From contig JBMNIH010000009.1 of NCBI GenBank assembly GCA_050950825.1, positions 96,001 to 160,000 on the forward strand: a stretch of 64,000 nucleotides of DNA, given 5' to 3'. How positions within the stretch are numbered: the first letter of the stretch is position 1; the number at the start of each line of letters is the position of its first letter. Source of the DNA: Clostridia bacterium (GTDB lineage: Bacteria; Bacillota; Clostridia; JAAYHZ01). Both the position numbers and the translations under genes were made by a program. Positions 51,310-60,029 of this stretch are shown in pieces. A model generated the notes under the pieces. It worked only from the letters and a program-made list of their open reading frames with translations, did not search any database and was not told where the DNA came from.

Positions 51310-51353
51310 GCATATATTGCAATGAGGATTTGAACAAAAGAAGGTATTTTAAT

Positions 51354-53222
51354 TTGGATACAACATGGAATATCATTGACAATCCGAAAGAGTTAAAAAA
51401 ATTAAGCATAGAAGAGCTGCCCCTGTTGGCACAGGAAATACGGGAAAATATCATAAAAACCGTATCGAATAACGGCGGCCATTTGGCTTCCAATTTGGGT
51501 GTGGTGGAGCTGACGTTAGCTTTACATTACGTTTTCGATACCCCGAAAGACAAAATCATTTGGGATGTGGGACATCAATGCTATGCTCACAAAATGATTA
51601 CCGGAAGAGGGGATCGGTTTGACTCTTTGCGTCGGTATAAAGGGATATCCGGATTTCCCAAACGGGAAGAAAGCCCGTACGATACATTCAATACGGGCCA
51701 TTCCAGCACGTCTTTATCGGCGGCTTTGGGTATGGCCGTATCGCGCGATTTGAAAAAGGAAGACTACAAGGTGGTTGCCGTTATCGGAGACGGCGCATTG
51801 ACCGGCGGAATGGCATTTGAAGCCTTGAACAATGCCGGACGCTACGAAAAAAACCTTATCTATATTTTAAATGACAACGAAATGTCCATTTCAAAAAACG
51901 TAGGAGGTCTGTCCAAGTATTTAAGCCGAATACGAACGGCCCAATCATATATCCGCGCGGATAAACGGGTAAAAAGCTGGACCGTTAAAATTCCTTTGTT
52001 AGGAAAACCCATAGTTCGCTTCATTCGAAAAGTGAAAAACGCCTTAAAAATGGCCGTACTCCCCGGTATGCTTTTTGAAAATATCGGTTTTAAATACATC
52101 GGTCCCATAGACGGCCATAATATTCGAGAAATGGTTCATACTTTTAAATCGGTAAAGGAAATAAATGCACCGGTGATCGTTCATGTAGCTACAAAAAAGG
52201 GGAAAGGCTATTCTTTTGCCGAAGAATACCCCGACGACTTTCATTCCGTAGCGCCATTTGATATAGCAACCGGAACGGTAAAATCAAAAACGGACAAGAA
52301 AAAATACTCCGATATTTTTGCCGACGAAGTCATAAGGTTAGCCGAAAAAAATCCTTCCATCGTAACCGTCAGTGCCGCTATGGCCAAGGGTACCGGTTTG
52401 GATCGATTTGAAAAAAGATTTCCGGAAAGGTTTTTCGATGTGGGAATCGCGGAACAGCATGCCGTCACATTTGCTGCCGGAATGGCGGCGGAGGGGCTTG
52501 TACCCGTGGTAGCCATTTATTCCACCTTCCTGCAAAGAGCTTATGACCAAGTTCTTCATGACGTAGCCTTGCAGAATCTGCATGTGATCTTCGCCATTGA
52601 CCGGGCGGGTTTGGCCGAAGGAGACGGGGAAACCCATCACGGTATTTACGATGTCTCTTTTTTGATGCACATTCCGAATATTATGATTATGGCGGCAGCC
52701 GATTACAACGATTTGGAGCATATGCTCCGTTATGCCGTTACACAAGCAAAAGGTCCCGTAGCTATTCGTTACCCGCGATGCGAAGGTAACAGACTTCCCG
52801 AAAACGATTGCGAAGTAATAAAAGGCTGCGGTGTTATCCAAGGCGAAGGCCAAGATGTTTGCTTGATCGCCGTAGACGGTTTGTTCGAAGAAGCCGGGAA
52901 GATCTATCGGCACCTTTCGGAAGCGGGAATAAAAGGTAAGGTTCTCAACCCGAGATTCTTAAAGCCTTTGGATCGGGAATTTTACGAAACAAAGGTGATG
53001 GATTCAAAAATGATCGTTTTTATGGAAGAGACCATTGAAGAAGGAAGCTATTCCCAATCGGCAACCGTGCAATTGTTAAAATGGGGCTATAAAGGGAAAA
53101 TCATGAGCTTCTCTTTGGAAAACGTCATTATACCTGCAGGCCCTCGTGATACCATTATTCGTGAGTACGGCTGGAAAACGGAACGGATTATCGAGGCCGT
53201 ACAAAAAGAAATATTCGGTTAA
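51354..53222 (+). CDS. dxs: 1-deoxy-D-xylulose-5-phosphate synthase
   Basis: GGHLASNLG, WDVGHQ, GDGALTGG, NDNEMSI, DVGIAEQHAV, DRAG; track start 51306, likelier TTG 51354. Confidence 0.97.
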   Translation: MDTTWNIIDNPKELKKLSIEELPLLAQEIRENIIKTVSNNGGHLASNLGVVELTLALHYVFDTPKDKIIWDVGHQCYAHKMITGRGDRFDSLRRYKGISGFPKREESPYDTFNTGHSSTSLSAALGMAVSRDLKKEDYKVVAVIGDGALTGGMAFEALNNAGRYEKNLIYILNDNEMSISKNVGGLSKYLSRIRTAQSYIRADKRVKSWTVKIPLLGKPIVRFIRKVKNALKMAVLPGMLFENIGFKYIGPIDGHNIREMVHTFKSVKEINAPVIVHVATKKGKGYSFAEEYPDDFHSVAPFDIATGTVKSKTDKKKYSDIFADEVIRLAEKNPSIVTVSAAMAKGTGLDRFEKRFPERFFDVGIAEQHAVTFAAGMAAEGLVPVVAIYSTFLQRAYDQVLHDVALQNLHVIFAIDRAGLAEGDGETHHGIYDVSFLMHIPNIMIMAAADYNDLEHMLRYAVTQAKGPVAIRYPRCEGNRLPENDCEVIKGCGVIQGEGQDVCLIAVDGLFEEAGKIYRHLSEAGIKGKVLNPRFLKPLDREFYETKVMDSKMIVFMEETIEEGSYSQSATVQLLKWGYKGKIMSFSLENVIIPAGPRDTIIREYGWKTERIIEAVQKEIFG

Positions 53223-53310
53223 GTAAGACTTTTTCCCTGATTTGTTATTTTTCCTGCCTATGATATAATATGAAAAAGCGAATAAAAAACTTGCCCCCTC
53301 GGAGGAAATC

Positions 53311-54180
53311 TTGAACACCGGTATATTTGGGAATAATTTAAGAGATTCGGAAGGATACTTTCGAAAAAAAGTAGAAGAATTGCTCATAAAAAAAGGAATC
53401 CGTGTCCTGTTCAGCGGCGAAATCCATAACGGCGATTTGGATGTCGGCAAGTTCGCCTCGGAACTGGATTTTGTCATATGCATCGGCGGAGACGGTACGC
53501 TTTTAAATGTCGCGCGAAGAGTCCATCGGTATCAAATCCCCATATTGGGTATCAATTTGGGAAGCTTGGGTTTCTTGACAAATGTAGAGCGTTCCGATAC
53601 GGAATATGCCGTTGACCGAATATTAAAGGGCGAATACTTGATAGAAACAAGAATGATGTTAGACGGAGCCGTCTACCGAGAAGGCCGTTTGATTTATCAA
53701 GATACGGCTTTAAATGATATTGTCATTAAAAACGACATTAATTCCAAGATCATTCATATTAAAGCCTATTATGACAATTTGCTGATTGACAATTACCCCG
53801 GAGACGGTTTGATTGTCTGCACTCCTACGGGCTCTACCGCCTATTCCTTATCCTGCGGAGGACCTATCGTTGAACCGGTCACCGGGCAAATTACCATAAC
53901 GCCCATATGCCCTCATATTCTTTTTGCCCGTTCATTTGTCACCTCCGGCCAACGAATTATTCGAGCCGTTATCGATGAAAACGAAGATTTCGAATGCATC
54001 GTTAAATTTGACGATAAAGAAACCTTTAAATTAAGGGGACGTGACGAAGTCATTTACAAAAAATCCGAAAGCTGTGTGAAAATTATCGTCATCGATCAAG
54101 TGAATTTCTTTGATGTTTTAAGACAAAAACTATATAACCGAGGAGAGGATCTGAGAAGGAATGAAAGAAAAAAGACATAG
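53311..54180 (+). CDS. nadK: NAD(+) kinase
   Basis: GGDGTLL, GINLGSLGFL, LND, GDGLIVCTPTGSTAYSLS. Confidence 0.96.
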   Translation: MNTGIFGNNLRDSEGYFRKKVEELLIKKGIRVLFSGEIHNGDLDVGKFASELDFVICIGGDGTLLNVARRVHRYQIPILGINLGSLGFLTNVERSDTEYAVDRILKGEYLIETRMMLDGAVYREGRLIYQDTALNDIVIKNDINSKIIHIKAYYDNLLIDNYPGDGLIVCTPTGSTAYSLSCGGPIVEPVTGQITITPICPHILFARSFVTSGQRIIRAVIDENEDFECIVKFDDKETFKLRGRDEVIYKKSESCVKIIVIDQVNFFDVLRQKLYNRGEDLRRNERKKT

Positions 54181-54610
54181 CGCCATTATCGAAATTGTTC
54201 AAAAATACGAAATCGAGACGCAAACCGAACTGGCGGACATTCTGAATCGACACGGATTCGAAGTGACTCAGGCTACCGTTTCAAGAGACATTAAGGATCT
54301 TGGTCTGACAAAGATTCCGACCCCTTCGGGAAAATACATCTATGCATTGCTTCCTGACGGCAAAAGCGACCCCTCCGTCGGAAGAAATACGGTGTTAAAG
54401 GAAGCCTTCGTGAACATGGACAAAACCGGCAATCTGATTGTTTTAAAAACAAAACCCGGCATGGCCCAAGCGGTCGCTTCCATTATCGATTCTATCGAGG
54501 ATAAGGACAAGCTGGGAACCATAGCGGGAGACGACACTCTTTTGATTATTTGCAGAACCGACGAGGCCTGTAATCGAATCTACAACGAGTTGGCAGGTAT
54601 GGTAAGTTGA
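54161..54610 (+). CDS. argR: Arginine repressor
   Basis: IETQTEL, VTQATVSRDIKDL, GTIAGDDT. Confidence 0.96.
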   Translation: MKEKRHSAIIEIVQKYEIETQTELADILNRHGFEVTQATVSRDIKDLGLTKIPTPSGKYIYALLPDGKSDPSVGRNTVLKEAFVNMDKTGNLIVLKTKPGMAQAVASIIDSIEDKDKLGTIAGDDTLLIICRTDEACNRIYNELAGMVS

Positions 54611-54611
54611 C

Positions 54612-56327
54612 ATGTTGACAAAGCTATTCATACAAAACATCGCTCTGATTAAGGACTTGAGCATAACGTTTAAAAAAGGCTTGAACATTATAACCGGGGA
54701 GACCGGGTCGGGTAAATCCGTTATGATCAATGCAATTAAAGCCGTAATCGGAGATCGCGTATACAGAGAAATGATACGAACCGGCTCCGAGACGGCTACG
54801 GTGGAAGCGGAATTCCTGCCGAAGCCGTACATAATCGATGCCGTTCGCGAATTCGGCATTGATGCGGAGTATGATCGGCCTTTGGTTTTGTATAGAGAAA
54901 TTCATCGGTCCGGCAGAAACGTATGTAAAATCAACGGAACATCCGTAACGGTAACCGATTTGTTTAAAACGGGTACTCTTCTTGTGGATATTCACGGTCA
55001 ATTCGACAGCAGAAATTTGGTTTCACCGGAAACCCATATCCATGTGCTGGATCAATTCGGACAATCAAAGATCGAAGATCTAATGGAAAAGTATAGGACT
55101 CGGCTGGATCTGTTCAGAAATACGATTCAGCAGTTAAAGCGTTATGCCTTAAGCGAGACCGAATTGGAAAGAAAGATCGACATGTTGGAATACCAGGTCA
55201 ACGAAATCGAATTCGCTTCCTTGAAGGAAAACGAGGAAGAAGAGCTGAAGGAAAAAAGAAGCCTTTTAATTAATGCGGAAAAAATATTAAACGCTCTGCA
55301 ATCCGCACATGAGATGTTGTTTGGAAGCGAAATGAACGCCGCGTCCTTAATACACCAAGCGGTTTCTCAAATCTCCTCCGTTTCCGATTTTAAAAAAGAG
55401 TTTCGGGAAATGGAGGAATCGTTAAGAGAAATTACGTACAATTTGGAGGATTTAAAGTACACGTTAATGGATTCGACGGATCGCATCGAATTCAATCCGG
55501 CCAAATTGGAAGAGATCGAAGATCGCTTGGAGACGATAAAGCTTCTCAAAAAGAAATACGGCGATTCCATTCCGAAAATTCTGGAGTACGGAAAAGAAGC
55601 GAAAAAGGAACTGGAGCTTCTGAAAAACAGCGGAGAAATCATAGAAGAGTTAAGGAATAAAATTCGTAAGCAAAAAGAAGAGCTATACGATCAAGCGAAA
55701 CAAATCAGTAATTTAAGAAGAGAAATTGCGTCCGTGTTGGAAGAGAAAATCGCCAAAGAATTGGACGATATGGAAATGAAAAAGACGGTATTCCAAGTAT
55801 CGATTGATTTTCCCGAATTTCAAGATGTAGCCGACACGGATTTTACGGAATACGGATTGGACGAGGTGGAATTCCTCATTTCGCCGAATCCCGGAGAGCC
55901 TTTGAAGCCGTTGGCGAAAATCGCATCCGGCGGCGAATTGTCCCGAATGATGTTGGCTTTGAAAACCCTTTTGTCCGATTACAACAAAATTCCCGTCATG
56001 ATTTTTGATGAGATCGACGCCGGTATAAGCGGTGAAGCTGCGCTGCAAACCGGCAGGAAAATATATGAAATTTCGAAGAATTGCCAAGTCATTTGTGTTA
56101 CCCATATGCCGCAAATTGCATGCATGGCCGACAGCCATTTCGTTATAAAAAAAGAAAGCATTGGCGGAAATAGCTATACCTTCATTGAAGAAATTTTCGG
56201 CGAAAAATGTGCCGAACAGCTTGCCGCTATGCTGGACGGAAATATTGTCACGGAATCCGGTTTGGCTCATGCTCATGATATGTTGGAAAAAGCGGTTGAA
56301 TATAAGTCCGGGAACATTAATTGTTAG
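54612..56327 (+). CDS. recN: DNA repair protein RecN
   Basis: TGETGSGKS, DIHGQ, IASGGELSRMMLA, FDEIDAGISG, VTHMPQIA. Confidence 0.97.
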   Translation: MLTKLFIQNIALIKDLSITFKKGLNIITGETGSGKSVMINAIKAVIGDRVYREMIRTGSETATVEAEFLPKPYIIDAVREFGIDAEYDRPLVLYREIHRSGRNVCKINGTSVTVTDLFKTGTLLVDIHGQFDSRNLVSPETHIHVLDQFGQSKIEDLMEKYRTRLDLFRNTIQQLKRYALSETELERKIDMLEYQVNEIEFASLKENEEEELKEKRSLLINAEKILNALQSAHEMLFGSEMNAASLIHQAVSQISSVSDFKKEFREMEESLREITYNLEDLKYTLMDSTDRIEFNPAKLEEIEDRLETIKLLKKKYGDSIPKILEYGKEAKKELELLKNSGEIIEELRNKIRKQKEELYDQAKQISNLRREIASVLEEKIAKELDDMEMKKTVFQVSIDFPEFQDVADTDFTEYGLDEVEFLISPNPGEPLKPLAKIASGGELSRMMLALKTLLSDYNKIPVMIFDEIDAGISGEAALQTGRKIYEISKNCQVICVTHMPQIACMADSHFVIKKESIGGNSYTFIEEIFGEKCAEQLAAMLDGNIVTESGLAHAHDMLEKAVEYKSGNINC

Positions 56328-56396
56328 TATAATCATATCTTCGAACGGTTACCTTATAAGTAAGCGAGACAATTACGAGGTAACCGGAGGAAGTAT

Positions 56397-57743
56397 ATGA
56401 TTCATCATGGAGTACGCAGAAAGACAAACAATAGTATAAAATTTTTATTATTATTTTTATTGATTTTCGGATTATTATTCGTCGGTCTTAATATTTTATT
56501 GGTTCCTAATGAAATTTTATTAATCCATAACGGATTTTCACAGGAATCGTTTTTTAAGCCGGGATTCTTAAAAATTAATATGAAGGAAAACGGAATCATT
56601 CGGATTCTGGAGCATGAAAGCGACTTGAAAAGCGTTTTTAATTCCGGCAATACGTCGGTGCAGCCTACATCCGCAGGAGAGACCGAGATACGTTTCGATT
56701 TGTTCGGGATTTTGCCGATAAAAACCACCAATGTCCGTGTTTTGGATAACCGAGAGGTTTTGGTGTCCGGAAAATCCATCGGCGTCCATTTAAATATCGG
56801 GGGAGTATTGGTTTTAGCCGTATCCACCGTTAACGATACGGAAGGAAAAAGCGTTTCTTTGTTTACGGATGATTCCATTGTGAAAGGCGACATTATTCGT
56901 AAAGTAAACGATATCGATGTAAAAAGCGTAGAAGCCTTAAAGACCATTGTTCAAGACTCGAAAGGCAACGAAATATCTATTCTTGCCCAGCGAGGAGATC
57001 GATTGGTAACCTGCAGCGTCCGTCCGGTCATATCCAAGGACGACGGTGAATACAAATTAGGCTTATGGGTTCGAGATGCCTCGGCCGGTATCGGGACGTT
57101 GACCTTTTATGACGGCGAAACCGGATGGTACGGAGCATTAGGGCACGGGATCTCCGATACGGATACCGGTGTTATGATGCCGGTTGGCACCGGTAGGATT
57201 TTTAATTCCAACATTATGGGAATACGGAAAGGGGCGCCGGGAGCCCCGGGAGAATTCAAAGGGATGTTTAATATGCAAAAAGAAATCGGCAATATTAAAA
57301 TCAACAATGAATTCGGAATCTACGGTACCATCGATAAAAACAAGACGGATTTAAGCGAATATACGCCTTACAAGGTGGGCAGCAAGAATAAAATCAAACT
57401 CGGAAAAGCCTACATTCTCTGCCAAGGAGAAGACAATACGATAGGGAAATATGAAATCGAAATCGTTAAGGTTTCGAAGAATATAACGTCGGGTTCGAAA
57501 GGAATCGTCCTGACCATCACCGATCCGAAGCTTTTGGAGCAAACCGGCGGTATTATTCAAGGAATGTCGGGAAGCCCCATTATTCAAAACGATATGCTTG
57601 TAGGTGCCGTAACCCATGTTTTCGTTAACGATCCGAAAAAAGGCTACGGAATCTTTATCGAGTGTATGCTCAATGAAATTGAAAAATACAACAACAAAAG
57701 CTCTGCGACCGTTCAATTTGCTGAGCTTAGCAAAGCCGGTTAA
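56397..57743 (+). CDS. spoIVB: SpoIVB peptidase (S55)
   Basis: PDZ region, GLWVRD, GIGTLTFYD, ALGHG, TGGIIQGMSGSPIIQ, GAVTHVFVNDP. Confidence 0.96.
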   Translation: MIHHGVRRKTNNSIKFLLLFLLIFGLLFVGLNILLVPNEILLIHNGFSQESFFKPGFLKINMKENGIIRILEHESDLKSVFNSGNTSVQPTSAGETEIRFDLFGILPIKTTNVRVLDNREVLVSGKSIGVHLNIGGVLVLAVSTVNDTEGKSVSLFTDDSIVKGDIIRKVNDIDVKSVEALKTIVQDSKGNEISILAQRGDRLVTCSVRPVISKDDGEYKLGLWVRDASAGIGTLTFYDGETGWYGALGHGISDTDTGVMMPVGTGRIFNSNIMGIRKGAPGAPGEFKGMFNMQKEIGNIKINNEFGIYGTIDKNKTDLSEYTPYKVGSKNKIKLGKAYILCQGEDNTIGKYEIEIVKVSKNITSGSKGIVLTITDPKLLEQTGGIIQGMSGSPIIQNDMLVGAVTHVFVNDPKKGYGIFIECMLNEIEKYNNKSSATVQFAELSKAG

Positions 57744-57760
57744 TTACCAAGATACCTACC

Positions 57761-57805
57761 AAAGCCCATCGCTATTGAAAGCCATAAAGCAAGCGATGGG
57801 CTTTT
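57761..57805 (+). terminator. Hairpin terminator between spoIVB and spo0A
   Basis: aaagcccatcgct...agcgatgggctttt. Confidence 0.65.
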
Positions 57806-57973
57806 CGTTTGTTCGTGTAAATTTCTTTATATTTATTAATCGGTTAAAATTTTACATAATAATTGTAAATTTTTATTGTATTTTTGCTCACAATAATATA
57901 TTATGAATTATGTTAACAGGCACCTTTGTTCTTAGACAAAATGGAATTGTGCAAACACAGGGGGACCATACTT

Positions 57974-58777
57974 GTGAGAGAAAGTAGTGAAATTCGAGTT
58001 TTAGTAGCAGAATCACAAGTCGATTTGAATCGGTTGATTTCAACCTACTTGGACGGAAAAGACAATATCCGAATTATCGAAAGTGTAAATGACGGGAAAA
58101 CGGCATATGACAAAATATTAGAGCTGAAACCCGATATTGCGTTGGTCGCCATCATTATGCCTGTATTGGATGGTTTGGCTATAATGGAAAAGTGCTTTAC
58201 GGATCCCGCTCTGACTACAAAATTTATCGTTTTATCATCCATCAACGATCCTCTTATTGCCAAGGAAAGCTTTAAAATCGGTGCTTCTTACTACATGCTC
58301 AAGCCTATCGATTTGGAAGTTTTGGCAAAAAGAATCCGGTTGATCAGCCGATGCGAAACCAATGAAAATCGTCCCGTGCCGTCAGCTATCGCCGAAAAGG
58401 AATCTATGAACATGCACCGTATTCACGGTCAAATCGTCAGACTCCTTCTGAATATACAAATACCTTCCCATTTGAATGGGTATCATTATCTTCGAGAAGC
58501 CGCTCTTATGGCCATTTACAATACCGACTACATCTACCGTGTAACGAAAATTATTTATCCCGGTCTTGCTAAAAAATTCAAATCTACCGGAGACCGAGTG
58601 GAAAGATCCATACGTAACGCCATTGATCGCGCTTGGAGCTCCGAACATTCGATGCTTCGTCAAGTTTTCGTAACAAAGCCTACCAATACCCAAGTCATAT
58701 CATGGATTGCCGAAACGGTTCGTGTGGAAAGCGGACTGTCTGCAAATCGCGATATTTTAAAAATTGCAGAATCTTAA
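57974..58777 (+). CDS. spo0A: Spo0A-family regulator with an atypical (aspartate-less) receiver domain
   Basis: Directly after spoIVB. Receiver ...IIMPVLDG, GASYYMLKP; Spo0A_C motifs PSHLNGYHYLREA, TKIIYP, RVERSIRNAI..AW, KPTN. GTG 57974 follows an aggggg RBS. Confidence 0.85.
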   Translation: MRESSEIRVLVAESQVDLNRLISTYLDGKDNIRIIESVNDGKTAYDKILELKPDIALVAIIMPVLDGLAIMEKCFTDPALTTKFIVLSSINDPLIAKESFKIGASYYMLKPIDLEVLAKRIRLISRCETNENRPVPSAIAEKESMNMHRIHGQIVRLLLNIQIPSHLNGYHYLREAALMAIYNTDYIYRVTKIIYPGLAKKFKSTGDRVERSIRNAIDRAWSSEHSMLRQVFVTKPTNTQVISWIAETVRVESGLSANRDILKIAES

Positions 58778-58934
58778 TACAATAATACAAAAACATATGT
58801 TCTATTGCTTGAAAATAGGCATGAAATAAGATTCTTGTCACATTGAGGTAAAAAATAATTATTAAATGTTACTTTATTAAAATTACTATAGTATGATATA
58901 ATTAATTAGGTAAAATTAGTGTGGAGGTATTGAA

Positions 58935-59963
58935 GTGGTAGATAAGAAATTTGGATATGGAATAATCGGTTGCGGTACAATATCCAAATGGCACGCCGAA
59001 GCTGCTGCTGCTACCGGAAAATACAACTTAGTGGCTGTTACGGATGTTCGTAAAGAAGCCGCTCAAAAATTTGCAGAACAGTTTCATTGCGTGGCGGAAG
59101 AGAGTACGGAAGCCTTGCTAAGCAGGGAGGATATCGAAATCGTTTCCATTTGTACTCCGAGTGGTTTCCATGCTATCGATGCGATAAAGGCGGCAAAAGC
59201 GGGAAAACACGTTATCGTTGAAAAACCGATGGCTATAACTCACGAACAAATTAACGATATATTGAAGGCTTGTGCCGAAAACAATGTAAAAATGCAAGTC
59301 ATTTCGCAAATGCGTTTTAAGGAAAACGTTCTGAAGACAAAACAAGCCATCGAATCCGGGAAATTAGGTAAATTAGTCTTAGGGGACGTATCAATGAAAT
59401 ATTTCCGTTCTCAAGAGTATTACGATACCGGAGGATGGAGAGGTACATGGAAGCTGGATGGCGGCGGTGCCCTTATGAATCAAGGAATTCACGGTATTGA
59501 TACGTTACAATTCTTAATGGGTCCCATCAAGAGTGTTTATGCTCTTGCCAAAACTCTTGCCAGAAAAATTGAAGTGGAAGATACGGCGGTTGCCGTTGTA
59601 GAGTATGAAAACGGTGCAATCGGAACCATTACCGGTGCAACATCCGTATATCCCGGCATTCCCAGAAGATTTGAAATTAACGGTACGGAAGGTAGTATAG
59701 TTCTCACGGAAGACACGATTACCCTGTGGGAAATCAAGGGGGAACCGAAGGTCGAAATCGAAGAGAAGAAAAGAGGAATGAATTCTTCCAGTGATCCCAC
59801 CGCTTTCGGCATAGAAGGGCATGTACTGCAGTTCGAAGATATGGCGGATGCATTAATCAACAACAGAGAACCGAAAGTCAATCAATATGAAGGTAAAAAA
59901 CCGGTTGAAATCATTCTGGCGATTTATGAATCCGAAAAGACCGGTAAGAAGGTGTATTTGTAA
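58935..59963 (+). CDS. Gfo/Idh/MocA family oxidoreductase
   Basis: IIGCGTIS, ICTPSGFH, HVIVEKP, WRGTWKLDGGGALMNQGIH, EVEDTA. Confidence 0.93.
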   Translation: MVDKKFGYGIIGCGTISKWHAEAAAATGKYNLVAVTDVRKEAAQKFAEQFHCVAEESTEALLSREDIEIVSICTPSGFHAIDAIKAAKAGKHVIVEKPMAITHEQINDILKACAENNVKMQVISQMRFKENVLKTKQAIESGKLGKLVLGDVSMKYFRSQEYYDTGGWRGTWKLDGGGALMNQGIHGIDTLQFLMGPIKSVYALAKTLARKIEVEDTAVAVVEYENGAIGTITGATSVYPGIPRRFEINGTEGSIVLTEDTITLWEIKGEPKVEIEEKKRGMNSSSDPTAFGIEGHVLQFEDMADALINNREPKVNQYEGKKPVEIILAIYESEKTGKKVYL

Positions 59964-60029
59964 ATTATTGCTTAACTTTTAGCGATATTTTTAATAAAAG
60001 TGAACAACTCATTCAGGAGGTAAATATCA

